From: Ideonella sp.
GTDB taxonomy: Bacteria; Pseudomonadota; Gammaproteobacteria; Burkholderiales; Burkholderiaceae_C
DNA: 38,316 nucleotides
NCBI GenBank assembly: GCA_039932405.1
Contig: JBDTQC010000001.1
Span: 1 to 38,316, forward strand
Direction: 5' to 3'
Shown here: piece after piece, positions 8,795 through 20,300 of the stretch
How the letters are laid out: each line of letters begins with the position of its first letter
Numbering within the stretch: position 1 is the first letter of the stretch
Program-made: the position numbers and the translations under genes
Notes under the pieces: model-generated
What the model was told of the DNA's origin: nothing
The model's database searches: none
What the model saw: only the letters and a program-made list of their open reading frames with translations

Positions 8795-10119
8795 CAGCCT
8801 GCCCTGGCAGCCGGTTCGAGCTCGAATGCGAGGTTCCCGGCAACCACGGTGGCGACCACTCGCCCCGGCAGTTCGTGGCCGGTAAACGGTGTGTGGCGAC
8901 CCTGACTGTGCAGGCGCTTCGGGTCGACGCGCCAATGAACAAGCGGGTCGAATACGCAGACGTCGCCGACGCCACCCTCGACCAGTCGACCAGCGCTCGC
9001 AGCCAACGAGCCCAACGCGTTACCGAGCACACGCACCGGCTCGCAGGTCACGGTTGCCAGCGCCCGGTGCAAGCCGCTGCGCGGATCGGCAAATGCCTCA
9101 TCGCCCCATTTGAGCGCCAGGCTCAACAACAACTCGAGCCCGCTCGCACCCGGCTCGGCTTCGGCGAACGGCAAGGTCTTGGCATCTTCGTCAACCGGTG
9201 TGTGATCGCTGACCAATGCGTCGAGCGTGCCGTCGGCCAAGCCGGCGCGCAGCGCATCGCGATCGCGCTGCTGGCGCAACGGCGGCGTCAGGCGCATCGA
9301 CGAATCGAAATAACCGATGTCCAGATCGGTCAGGTGCAAAGAGTTGATGCTGACGTCGCAGGTGACCGGCAAGCCTTCGCTCTTGGCCGCACGCACCAGT
9401 TCGACGCCGGCCGCGCTCGAAAGTCGGCACAGATGCACGCTGGCACCGCTGCTGCGCACCAGTTCGAAGATGGTGTGCAGCGCGACGGTTTCGGCAATCA
9501 CCGGCACACCGGTCAAGCCCAGACGCGTCGCAACCGCACCGCTGGCGGCGACGCCGTTGCCCAGCCATTTGTCCTGGGGTCGCAGCCAGACCGAATAGCC
9601 GAAGGTTGACGCATATTGCATCGCGCGCTGCAGGATCAGCGTGTCGCACACTGCCACCTCGGCCTGCGAGAAGCCGACGCAGCCAGCCTCGGTCAACTCC
9701 GCCATCTCGGTAAGCACCTGGCCGGCCAGGCCGCGCGTCAAGGCGCCCAACGGGAACAGGCGGCACAGACTGAGCTTGCGAGCGCGGAACTTCAGCATCT
9801 CGACCAGCCCTGGCTCATCGAGCACCGGATCGGTATCGGGCGGGCACACCAGGCTGGTCACGCCACCCGCCGCCGCCGCGTTGAGCTCGCTTTCCAGCAT
9901 GCCTTCGTGTTCGTAGCCCGGCTCGCGCAGGCGCGCCGCCAGATCGACCAGGCCCGGCGCGACGATGCAACCGCTGGCATCGATCGTGCGATCTGCGCGG
10001 CCCGGATCGAGGTCGGCAGCGATGCTGACGATGCGACCGCCACTGATCAGCAGATCGGCAAATTCGTCGCGGCCGCTGGCAGGATCAATCACCCGGCCAT
10101 GGCGGATCAGCACATTCAT
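8794..10119 (-). CDS. Dihydroorotase-like protein (PyrC'/PyrX), probably the non-catalytic ATCase partner
   Basis: DHOase fold motifs (PGLVDL..RLREPG, PPLR, SDHTP), but the metal-binding HxH is replaced (DLAARLREPG). Directly after pyrB, with a GGAGG RBS. Confidence 0.88.
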   Translation of the reverse strand: MNVLIRHGRVIDPASGRDEFADLLISGGRIVSIAADLDPGRADRTIDASGCIVAPGLVDLAARLREPGYEHEGMLESELNAAAAGGVTSLVCPPDTDPVLDEPGLVEMLKFRARKLSLCRLFPLGALTRGLAGQVLTEMAELTEAGCVGFSQAEVAVCDTLILQRAMQYASTFGYSVWLRPQDKWLGNGVAASGAVATRLGLTGVPVIAETVALHTIFELVRSSGASVHLCRLSSAAGVELVRAAKSEGLPVTCDVSINSLHLTDLDIGYFDSSMRLTPPLRQQRDRDALRAGLADGTLDALVSDHTPVDEDAKTLPFAEAEPGASGLELLLSLALKWGDEAFADPRSGLHRALATVTCEPVRVLGNALGSLAASAGRLVEGGVGDVCVFDPLVHWRVDPKRLHSQGRHTPFTGHELPGRVVATVVAGNLAFELEPAARAG

Positions 10120-10162
10120 GCCGGCCTCCCGGTAACGCGTCGCAGATTCGAGCGGGCCGATC

Positions 10163-11125
10163 TCATGCACTGTTGCCGGCGATGATCGACATCACGGCCA
10201 TCCGTACCGCGATGCCGAAGGTGACCTGCGGCAGGATCACGCTCTGGTTTCCATCGGCGACCGCGGAATCGATTTCGACACCGCGGTTGATCGGGCCTGG
10301 ATGCATCACGATGGCATCGGGTTTGGCCAATGCCAGCTTCTCTGGCGTCAAGCCATAGCTTTTGAAAAATTCGCCTGCGCTCGGCAGCATCGCGCCGCTC
10401 ATGCGCTCGTTCTGCAGTCGCAACATGATGATCACGTCGGCACCGCGAATGCCTTCGGCCATGTCGTGGCACACGCGCACTCCCATCTCGCGGAAATCGG
10501 CCGGAACCAGGGTTTTAGGACCGACCGCTCGAATCTCGGGGACGCCAAGTGTCGTCAACGCGTGGATATCGGAACGCGCAACGCGCGAATGGACGATATC
10601 GCCGACGATCGCCACAGTCAGGCCGGTGAAATCCTTCTTGTAATGGCGGATCGTGTACATGTCGAGCAGGCCCTGCGTCGGATGGGCATGTCGCCCATCA
10701 CCGGCATTGACGACCCGCACGTGCGGCGCCACGTGCTGCGCGATCAGGTACGGCGCGCCGCTTTCGGCATGGCGCACCACGAACATGTCGGCGTGCATCG
10801 CCGACAGGTTGGCAATCGTATCGAGCAGACTCTCGCCCTTGGCTGTCGACGAGCGCGAAATGTCGAGGTTGATGACATCAGCCGACAGCCGCTTGGCGGC
10901 AATTTCGAAGGTCGTGCGGGTGCGGGTGCTGTTTTCGAAGAACAGGTTGAAAAGGCTCTTGCCACGCAGCAACGGCACTTTCTTGACCTCGCGGTCGTTG
11001 ACGCTGAGAAAGCTGCCGGCGGTATCGAGAATCTGGTGAATCACCGCACGCGGCAAACCTTCGATCGACAGCAGATGGATCAACTCGCCATGCGCGTTGA
11101 GCTGGGGATTGCGTCTGGACAGCAT
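10163..11125 (-). CDS. pyrB: Aspartate carbamoyltransferase catalytic subunit
   Basis: [44 protein letters not shown]. Confidence 0.98.
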   Translation of the reverse strand: MLSRRNPQLNAHGELIHLLSIEGLPRAVIHQILDTAGSFLSVNDREVKKVPLLRGKSLFNLFFENSTRTRTTFEIAAKRLSADVINLDISRSSTAKGESLLDTIANLSAMHADMFVVRHAESGAPYLIAQHVAPHVRVVNAGDGRHAHPTQGLLDMYTIRHYKKDFTGLTVAIVGDIVHSRVARSDIHALTTLGVPEIRAVGPKTLVPADFREMGVRVCHDMAEGIRGADVIIMLRLQNERMSGAMLPSAGEFFKSYGLTPEKLALAKPDAIVMHPGPINRGVEIDSAVADGNQSVILPQVTFGIAVRMAVMSIIAGNSA

Positions 11126-11619
11126 CAGCGGACGTCGAAACTCAGGCGCCCCGCCTCGTCGCGAGCCAGCGAGAGCCGACGATCGGAGGGCAGATCGATG
11201 GTTTCAGCGCTGAAGGCCGCATGGATCGGCAACTCGCGACCGCCGCGATCAACCAGCACGGCAAGCGCCACACTGGCGGGGCGGCCGAAGTCGAACAATT
11301 CATTCAGCACCGCGCGCACCGTTCGGCCTGTATCGAGCACGTCGTCGATCAGCACGATTCGACGCCCCTCGATCTCGAAGGGCAAGCGGGTCGGATCGGC
11401 ACCGGCGGCGAGCCCGCGCGAGCCGAAGTCATCCCGGTGCAAGGTACTCGAGATCACGCCGCATTCGCCGGGCAAAAGCAAATCACGCTGCAGGCGTTCG
11501 GCCAGCCAGGCACCACCCGACCAGATGCCGACCAGCACCGCATCGGCAACCATCAGCTCGCGAACGCCGACCAGCAGTTTCTGGTACAGCGCTTCGGCGT
11601 CGAGCGAGCGGGCGATCAT
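11125..11619 (-). CDS. pyrR: PyrR / uracil phosphoribosyltransferase-like protein
   Basis: [31 protein letters not shown]. Coupled to pyrB. Start trimmed from the 349-aa ORF. Confidence 0.9.
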   Translation of the reverse strand: MIARSLDAEALYQKLLVGVRELMVADAVLVGIWSGGAWLAERLQRDLLLPGECGVISSTLHRDDFGSRGLAAGADPTRLPFEIEGRRIVLIDDVLDTGRTVRAVLNELFDFGRPASVALAVLVDRGGRELPIHAAFSAETIDLPSDRRLSLARDEAGRLSFDVR

Positions 11620-11666
11620 CTCAAGCCCGGCCTTGCAAACGCGGGATCGCGGTGGTGGACGGCGCT

Positions 11667-12140
11667 TCAGGCTGCATTCGACTCCCCTGCGTCTTGATCC
11701 GGCTGTGGCAAGCCGTTCAGAAACTGATCGAGGATGATCGCAGCAGATGCCGCATCGACATCGCCCGCCCGCTCGCTGAGGGCCTCGGTGGTGCTGTAGC
11801 GCTCGTCGACCTCGTGCACCGGCAAGCCGAAGCGGCCTTGCAGCTGACGTGCAAATCGACGCGCGCGGTGCGTATTCTCGTGCGACGCACCATCCGGATG
11901 AAACGGTATGCCGACCACCAAACCGGCCGGTTGCCACTCGCCGACCAGCGCACCGATCGCCGCGAACCGCGCATCGCCTTCGAGGGAAATCGTGCGCAAG
12001 GCCTGCGCGCGACGGGTCAGGGTGTTGCCGGTGGCGGTGCCGACGCGGCGTATCCCATAGTCGAATGCCAGATAAGACAACGGGGCTGGTGCGGACGCAA
12101 CAGTGGCAGCGGTCCGAGGCGGAGCCGGGGGCTGCTTCAT
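11667..12140 (-). CDS. yqgF: YqgF/RuvX pre-16S rRNA nuclease
   Basis: LAFDYGIRRVGTA, VVGIP, VDERYST, VDAASAAIIL. Confidence 0.93.
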   Translation of the reverse strand: MKQPPAPPRTAATVASAPAPLSYLAFDYGIRRVGTATGNTLTRRAQALRTISLEGDARFAAIGALVGEWQPAGLVVGIPFHPDGASHENTHRARRFARQLQGRFGLPVHEVDERYSTTEALSERAGDVDAASAAIILDQFLNGLPQPDQDAGESNAA

Positions 12141-12715
12141 GCGTGGCCGGTTTCCTGGCTGAGCATGTGTACATCGATGCCGAGCAGCGACAAGGCCTTG
12201 TCGTAGCGTTGCTCGACCGGTGTATCGAAAATGATGTCGGGTGCGGCGGCCACGTTGATCCAGCTGTTGCGGCCCATTTCGTCTTCGAGCTGGCCGGCGC
12301 CCCAGCCGCTGTAACCCAGCGTCACCAGGATCTTCTTCGGACCTGCACCGTTCGACAGCGCTTCGAGCACATCCTTGCTGGTCGTCATCTCGAGGCCGCC
12401 GGGGATCTTCAATGACGAACTGTAGCGGGCTTGATCCGATTCTTCGTGCTCGTGCAGAACGAATCCGCGCTCGGTCTGTACCGGACCGCCGAAAAAGACC
12501 GGTGTCTGGGCCAGATCGTCGCGCTCGAGCGGCAATTCGACCTTGTCGAACAGGTTTTTCAGCGTGATATCGATCGGCTTGTTGATCACCAGACCCAGCG
12601 CGCCCTTGTCGGTGTGCTCACACAGATAGACCACGGTGCCGGCGAAGATATCCCCACCCGTGCCGGGCATGGCAATCAGGAACTGGTTGGTGAAATTGAC
12701 TCCGGCGTCGGGCAT
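12137..12715 (-). CDS. yqgE: YqgE/AlgH family protein
   Basis: FLIAMP, GALGLVINKP, GGPVQTERGFVLH, LGYSGWGAGQLEDE. Confidence 0.94.
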   Translation of the reverse strand: MPDAGVNFTNQFLIAMPGTGGDIFAGTVVYLCEHTDKGALGLVINKPIDITLKNLFDKVELPLERDDLAQTPVFFGGPVQTERGFVLHEHEESDQARYSSSLKIPGGLEMTTSKDVLEALSNGAGPKKILVTLGYSGWGAGQLEDEMGRNSWINVAAAPDIIFDTPVEQRYDKALSLLGIDVHMLSQETGHA

Positions 12716-12833
12716 TGGCTGATTTTATTCGGGGAATCGTTGTGTGGGATCGTTCGAGCGATTGTTGCCGCCCCCGAGCTGGTTTGGGGGATTTTCATGC
12801 AGCGCACCTGTGCGGCTGTTGCACACTGCATTC

Positions 12834-14300
12834 ATGGTCAAGCCTTTGAACTCTGCGCTGATGTGGTTCCGGCGCGACCTCCGTATCACCGATAACGCGG
12901 CCCTGCACCGGGCGTTGACCAGCGCCACGCAAGTGTGGTGTGTGTTCGTTTTCGATACCGACATTCTCGATGGCCTGCCACGCGCCGATCGACGGGTCGA
13001 ATTCATCCATGGCAGCCTGCTCGAACTCGACGCCGCGCTGGCGCGCGCGAATCCCGGCATCGACGTTCGATTGATCGTTCGCCACGGCAAGGCGATAGAC
13101 GAGATCACGGCACTGGCGACCCGCTTGCAGGTCGATGCCGTGATCGCCAGCCACGACGACGATCCTGCTGCGCTGGCCCGGGACGCGACCGTGCGCGAGC
13201 GCCTGGCCGCCGATCAGCGTGCATTCCATACCGTGAAGGACCATGTCGTCTTCGAACGCAGCGAACTGCTGACACAGGCCGGTGCGCCGTACAGCGTTTT
13301 CACCCCCTACAAGAAGGCCTGGTTGAACAAGGTCGATGCCTTTTACCTGCAGGCTTACCCGGTCGAACGACACGTGGGCGCCCTGGCTGCGGCACCGGCC
13401 GGACTCGAAGTCGGCATTGCGCCGTTGGCGCAGTTCGGTTTTGAGCCGAGCAACCTGTCGGAGTTGCCGATCCCAGTCGGCTGCAGCGGCGCGCAGGAGC
13501 AGTTGCGCGACTTTCTGAGCCGCATCGACAACTACCAGGAGACGCGCGATTTCCCGGCACGCAGGGGCCCGAGCTACCTGTCGGTGCACCTGCGTTTCGG
13601 CACGATCTCGATCCGCGCTCTGGCGCGCGAGGCACAGCGCCGAGCCGAGGCCGGGTCGCCGGGCGCTGCAACCTGGTTGTCCGAGTTGATCTGGCGCGAC
13701 TTCTACCATCAGGTGCTGCACCACCATCCGCACGTGATCGATTCGGCGTTCAAGCCGGCCTACGACGCCATCGTCTGGGAATCCGGTCCGACGGCCGAGG
13801 CCGATTTCGCCGCCTGGTGTGAAGGGCGCACCGGCTACCCGCTGGTCGACGCCGCAATGGCACAGATCAACCGCACCGGCTACATGCACAACCGCCTGCG
13901 CATGGTGGTCGCCAGCTTCCTGATCAAGGACCTGGGCATCGACTGGCGCTGGGGCGAGCGCTATTTCGCCGTCCATCTGAACGACTTCGACCTCGCCGCG
14001 AACAACGGCGGCTGGCAGTGGGCCGCCTCCAGCGGTTGTGATGCACAGCCTTATTTCCGGATCTTCAACCCGATCAGCCAAAGCCGGAAATTCGATCCGG
14101 ACGGCGCCTTCATCCGCCGTTACCTGCCGCAATTGGCCGGGCTCCCCGCCGCTGCACTGCACGAACCCGGATCAGCCGCCTTGGCCGATCTGGACGCAGC
14201 GGGCATCGAGCTGGGCCGCGACTACCCGGCCCCGATCGTGCGCCACGACCAGGCGCGCCAGCGCACCTTGCAGCGCTACGCGGTCGTCAAGCAACGCTGA
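12834..14300 (+). CDS. phrB: Deoxyribodipyrimidine photolyase (class I CPD photolyase family)
   Basis: WFRRDLR.DN.AL, SYLSVHLRFG, ELIWRDFY, GYMHNRLRM, NNGGWQW, PYFRIFNP. Confidence 0.93.
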   Translation: MVKPLNSALMWFRRDLRITDNAALHRALTSATQVWCVFVFDTDILDGLPRADRRVEFIHGSLLELDAALARANPGIDVRLIVRHGKAIDEITALATRLQVDAVIASHDDDPAALARDATVRERLAADQRAFHTVKDHVVFERSELLTQAGAPYSVFTPYKKAWLNKVDAFYLQAYPVERHVGALAAAPAGLEVGIAPLAQFGFEPSNLSELPIPVGCSGAQEQLRDFLSRIDNYQETRDFPARRGPSYLSVHLRFGTISIRALAREAQRRAEAGSPGAATWLSELIWRDFYHQVLHHHPHVIDSAFKPAYDAIVWESGPTAEADFAAWCEGRTGYPLVDAAMAQINRTGYMHNRLRMVVASFLIKDLGIDWRWGERYFAVHLNDFDLAANNGGWQWAASSGCDAQPYFRIFNPISQSRKFDPDGAFIRRYLPQLAGLPAAALHEPGSAALADLDAAGIELGRDYPAPIVRHDQARQRTLQRYAVVKQR

Positions 14301-17300
14301 CGCGTTGCAGGCAATCGCGTACCGCGCCGAGCAACTCGGCTTCGCCATAAGGCTTGCCGAGGTAGCAGGCCACGCCGAGCGATTCGGCATGGACGCGGTG
14401 CTTGTCGGCAATCCGCGAGGTGATCATCACCACCGGCAAGTCGGCGGTCAGCTGGTTGGCACGCAATTTCTCGACCAGCTCGTAACCGTCCATGCGCGGC
14501 ATCTCGATATCACTCAGGACGAGCTGCGGCATGTCCTGCGCAATCTGCTCGAGTGCTTCGATGCCATCCTTGGCCAACTCGACCCGGAAGCCCTCGCGCA
14601 GCAGCAGACGCTGGGTGACACGGCGCACGGTCAATGAATCGTCAACCACCAGGATCAGCGGCGGCCGCTCGGAAATCCCGTCCAGCGGCAGCAGCGGCCC
14701 AGGCCGCAACGCCAGTCCGCGCGCGGAGTCGGCATATTCGGCGGCCAGCGCGACCGGGTTGTAGATCAGCGCCACCGCACCCGATGCCAACATGCTCATG
14801 CCGGCCAGTCCGGGCAGCCTCGACAGTTGCGGACCCAGGTTCTTGACCACCGCCTCCTGCTGGCCGAGCACCTCGTCGACCTGCAGGGCCAGCCGGTTCT
14901 TGCCGCTGTGCACGACCACCAACGGTCGGGTCCGGCCGAACGGCTCGGTGCTGCCGCTGCTGCTCAACAGCAGCGCGCCGAGCCAGAAGAACGGCATCCG
15001 GTGTTCACCATCCACAAACGAGCCGACCGCCTGTGCCTGCGCCAACTCATCTTCCGAAACGCGTCGAACCCGCTCGACCAAGGTGGCCGGCACCGCCACG
15101 CTCAGATCGCCACATCGCAGCATCAGAACCTGGGTGGTCGCGGTGGTCAGCGGCAGCCGCATCGAGAACAGGCAGCCTTGGCCAGCCGAGCTCGAAACCT
15201 CGATCTGACCGTCGATCGCCAATAATTCGTTGCGCACCACGTCCAGACCGACGCCGCGGCCCGACGACTCGGTAAGGCGTTTGGCGGTCGAGAATCCTGG
15301 GTTGAAGATCAGCTCCGATTCCTGGCCGTCGATCACCGGCTCGCCAAGCTCGCGAGCACGCCCACGGATGCGTTCGATGTCGAGCCCGGCACCGTCGTCG
15401 ACCACCTCGATGCTGACTTCGTTGCCTTGCTGGTGCAGGCGTACCTGCAGGTGGCCGGTAGCCGGCTTGCCGGCGGCGAGTCGGGTATCCGGCAATTCGA
15501 GCCCGTGAATCACGGCATTGCGAAGCAGGTGTTCGAAGGCCGGTGTCAAACGATCGAGCACACTCCGATCGAGCTCGATCTTGCCATCGGAGATCTGCAA
15601 CTCGACCAGCTTGCCCGACTCGGCCGCGGCCTGACGGACCACCCGGTGAAGCCGTTCGGCCAGCGTGTCGAATTCGACCATGCGGGTGCGCAACAGATCG
15701 GACTGCAGGTCGCGGGTGAGCCGGGTCTGCGCGGCCAGTTCGTCCTCGGTGCGCTGCAGGTTGCGCTTCAGCGAGCGGTGCACGGTGGCGACGTCGTTGA
15801 CCGACTCGGTCATCATGCGAGCCAGCTCCTGCAGCCGCGTGAAGCGATCGATCTCCAGCGGGTCGAAGGCAGCCGACGCGGCACGCGCCGATTCGTTGCG
15901 CGAACTCATCTGCATCTCGGCCTGCAATTCGATATCGTGCAGCTGCTGGCGCAGGCGATCGACATTCGCCCCCAGTTCACCGATGGCGCCGCGCACCTGG
16001 CCCATCTCGACGTCGATGCGCGCGCGCGACATGTTGACTTCGCCGGCCTGATTGACCATGCGCTCAAGCAGCGAAGAACGAATCCTGACCGATGCCTGCT
16101 GACTGGCCACGCTGACACGCGCCGCAGCCGGCGCAGCGGGCGCCGGACGCTGGAAGCGCGCCCAATCGATGCCGAAGCTATCCGTCGTTCCGACCGGTCT
16201 TTCCAACATCGGGGCGAGTGGCTCGGCGACGCGATCGATCGAAACGTCGACCAGTTCGGAGCTGAGCGCGACGGGCTCAAGGGCTGGCGCCATTGACCGT
16301 TCAATTGGCCGCGCCTCGGTGGCAGGGTAGGCCGCAACGCCCTTGTCACGCAGACCTTCGAAAGCCCGCTGCATCGCGTCGCTGCCGTTCAGCAATGCAT
16401 CAATCTCGCTGCGCTGTGGCAGCGCGAAACCAGCAGTCAGTTCTTCGATGCGCGATTCGAGCCGATGGGCGATTTCTCCGAGCCGCATCGCGCCGGTCAG
16501 GCGCGCGCCGCCCTTGAACGTATGCAGGTGGCGCATTGCCGCATCGGCACCGTCTCGCTGGTCGGGTTGCTGGGCCCATTCGCGCAAGGCCGAGGCCAGT
16601 TGCGGCAACAGATCCTGCGCCTCTTCCTCGAAGATCGGGAACAGCTCGCCATCGACACGGTCTTCAAAGTCGATGTCAGCCAGCCAATCGGCCGCTGGCG
16701 CTGGCAGATCGGCCGACGGCTGTGGTTGCGCGGTGGCGGGAGGCGGCTCGAAGACAACCCGCCGCTGCTCGCAGATCTGCTCGTGATCACGCAGCCGCTG
16801 CAGCAATTCAGGCGCCGGAGACTTGAGAAATCCCGCGGCAAACTGGTGCAGCAGCAGTCGGGTGTCTTCCGCCACATCGCTGAACAGTCGGCCATCTTCC
16901 GGATCGCAAACCGCGCCGCCCAGTCCAAGCGTCTGCTCGCGCAGCAAGGCGGCCTTGAGCTGGCGCGCCAGATCACTCAATTCGGTGAAGCCGACGGTGG
17001 CTGAACCGGCGGCCAGTTCCTGGGCGCGACCGATCGCCGATTCAGGAACCGGGGATGAGCTGTCCATCGCCCATTCGGCCAGCTCGGTGCAAAGCAGACG
17101 CGACGATTCGTCCGCTTCGCCGAGAAAGGTATTGAACAACGAAATCGGCACCTGCAAAGTCCCGACTGCCTTGACCTCTTCGATCCACGGCGCGTTGGGC
17201 TCAACCGCCGGCAGCTGATCGGCGCCCGCAAACGATTCGAAATTGCCCCAGGCCGGTGGAGCCGCCTGCTGGAACGGCGGGTTGGCGATGAACTCGGGCG

Positions 17301-20300
17301 CCGATGCAGACCAGGGCTCGGGATTCCAGAAGTCACCTGCAGTCGATTGCGCGGCGCTGACTGCGGACTGCGGCAACGGCGCTGTCCAACCGGTGTCGAC
17401 CGGCGGATTGGTGAACGCTTCAACCGGCGAGTCGTGATCGAGTTCGGGTACAGGCTCGACTGGCTGCCAGTTGTTGTTGAACGAGTCAGCGTTCTGATCG
17501 GGGTCGACATGAGCAAGCTGCTCGACCAGTGGCTCAGCCGGGGCGAAGCTTGGCCATTCGTTTGCCACAGCCGGCTCGGCTTCGAACGCCGTGCCATCGG
17601 CGGCAGCCGGTTGATCGTCGATCGCTGGCAGCGCCGCCGCGATGTCCTCGTCCGGAGCGGCGGCTTGCTCGGGCACCGGCCAGTCGGTCACCTCGAAGGC
17701 AATCGCAGCAGCGCTGAAGTCCGGCTCGACAGGCGGCAGTGGCTCTGCTTCGAAGAACGCCGGCGCATCGAGCGCGAGATCGACAAAATCCACAGCTGCC
17801 GGAACATCGATTGGCGTTTGCGCCAGCGGCGGTGGTGGCGGCGGTGCCGATGCCGGCGCGTCGAAGCCGTCGAACAGGTCCAGCACGCCGGGATCTTCGG
17901 CAGGATCGATTTCGCTGACGGCAGGAACTGCAACCGGTTCGAGCGGCAGGTCAGGCTCGGCAAACAGCAATCCAGAGTCGATCGACAAGTCGGGTAAGCC
18001 GCGCGCAAACAGATCGTCGTTGAACCCAAGCGGGACGTCATCGGCCGGACCATCCGACAGGTCGAGGGTCAGGAACGACAAGTCCTCGCCCGGCGGCGTT
18101 GGCGGCTGCAACCGCGAGCGGCCGATGTCTTCGACGGTGATTTCCGACGAGACGCGCGCGGGCTGAGCCGAACTTGGAACGGGTTTGACCGAATCGTTCC
18201 AGAACAGCGACCCGCTGCTGGCAGGCGGTGCGGCTGAATCGAAGTGCAGATCGAGGTCGGCAGCACTCGGCAGATCGGGTGGCAGGCCGAGCGGCTGCGC
18301 CAAACCCTCGGCCGATCCCGATGCAACGAACGACTCGTCGGGCTCCAGCTCCGGATCGGCGATGGCTTCGATCACCGCATCGACCGGCATCGCAGCCACC
18401 GGTTGCCGCAATGAATCGGCCCACGACAAATCGAAATCGAGCTCGCCCGGCACGGTGATGTCGAGGTCGACTTCGTCGGTAAATCCTTGATCCAGTTCCA
18501 GATCGAGCAGTGGCGCAGTGGTCTCGAATGGCCCGACATCGGGGACACCCGTGTCTGTTGTGCCCTTGTGCGCAGGCTCGGGTGCTGCCGCGGCCTGACC
18601 GCGCGCCATCATGTTGTCGATCCGATCCAGCAGCCTGGACGACCAGTCGCGCAAGCCGGCATCCGACTCGTCATCCAGCTCGGCGGGCTCGTCCGCCAGG
18701 CGAGCGTTGTAGCGCTGTTCCGCATCCCAGGCCAGCTCGCCGATATCGAAGCGGTCCACCATCCGCGCACTACCTTTGAGGGTGTGAAAACAGCGGCGCA
18801 GCGCGGTCAAGGTGGCCGCGTCGCCGGCGCCGCTCGGGTCGACCGCGTGATCACGCCAGACCTGCAGATCGGCGCGCGCGGCTTGCAACAATTCAGCGGC
18901 TTCCTCGGTGAAGATGGCGGCCAGTTCAGGATCTGCGGCCGACCATGTATCCGGCTCGGGCTCAGGCTCGGGCTCAGGCTCAGGCAACAAGGGTTCGAAG
19001 GGCTCGCCAGCATTGATGACCCTCGACTCGATCGATTCGGGTACCGCCAGGCGATCGGTCGCTTCATGCGTTGTCGCAGCCCCGGCAGCGAGTGCATCGT
19101 CGAGAACGGGCAATGGCACCGCAACCGGGTCGACGGCTTCGTTCGGAGCTGCCGGAGCTGCCGGAGAAGCGTCGGTCGCCGTCAGAAGCCGGCCGCTCTC
19201 AATGTCGAAGCGGAACATCGCCTTGGCCAGCGCAGGCTGCACGGCCAGCATGTCGAACAGGAAGCCCAACGCCCCGACATTGCCTGCGAGCTGTTGCAAC
19301 TCCTCAGGCGTCGGCTGCAGCGGAGTTGCACCGAGCAGGGCCTCGGTTTGCGAACGCATGTGCTGCAACGCAGACGCGGCGTGCTCGACCCCCAGCACCG
19401 CCAGCACCCCACGCATCGATTGAAGGATTGCCGGGACCGGCCGCAATGCCGCGACATCGGACTGATCGCGGAAGTAGCGATCGAGCAACTGCTCTGCAGC
19501 CGCCATCGAAACCCGCAGCTCCTGAACCACGGTACCCAGAGTCTGTCGGTCGGCAACCCGGCCATACAGGTCCTCGATCCACGCTTCGAGTGGCTGGGCG
19601 CGACCACCAGCGCGCAGGTTGGCAATCCGATCGGCCAGTCGAGCGATCGGCCGTACCGGGTCGGGCGTGGCGAATTCACTCTCTTCGAGCGCGGCCTCCA
19701 CGTACAACAAGGCAGTCGCCACCTCCATCGCCAGGCCGACGGTCGGCACTTCGCCATCGCCGCGCGCTTGAGCAGCGCAATGCTCCAGCTGATCGGCCAG
19801 CAGCGCACCTTCGGGAAACAGGCGGCGCAATGAGTCCGCGACCAGACTGAAAGTTTCGCCCAGAGCGGGCAGGTGATGGACCTCGCCTCCGGCAATCGAT
19901 GACCACACCGTCTTCGCCGAAGCCACCCGTTTGCGCGCCTGCACCACCAGTGCCGGATCAAAGCTGCCCAGCGGACTACGCAGGTAGTCGATCTTCTGCT
20001 CGTCGGCCAGCGCATACGCGTTGCGAACCGCCACAAGACGAGGCGCTGGCCGCGCCGCATCGGGGGACACACTCTGCGCACAGAAGAACAACAGATCGTG
20101 CGCCAGCAGCTGCAAGGACGCCTGGTTGCCTTCCTGGCCACGCAACAGGCCACGCAGCAACGAAAGCAGCCGCGACGCCAGCCGCTTGCTGAATACGTCG
20201 GCCTGCAGCAGGTCCTTGGCCAATGCCTCGAAGACTGCGGCCGCGAGTTGCCAGACGGTGTGAATCAGCCGCTCATCCGAACCCGACGAGGCCAGAGCGA

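Noticed and set aside
11620-11666. Possible PyrR attenuator upstream of pyrR-pyrB
   Set aside because: Only 47 nt, with no PyrR-binding loop consensus or terminator U-tract.
11620-12174. 349-aa extended PyrR ORF suggesting a fusion
   Set aside because: The extension overlaps yqgF in another frame and looks non-coding. PyrR similarity begins near ATG 11619.
12716-12833. LexA/SOS box upstream of the photolyase (also looked for near the exonuclease-ligase genes)
   Set aside because: No CTGT-N8-ACAG match seen by eye.
18951-18985. Tandem hexamer repeat as a phase-variation or CRISPR-like element
   Set aside because: Unit length is a multiple of 3 and encodes a PE linker. There are no spacers and no frameshift potential.
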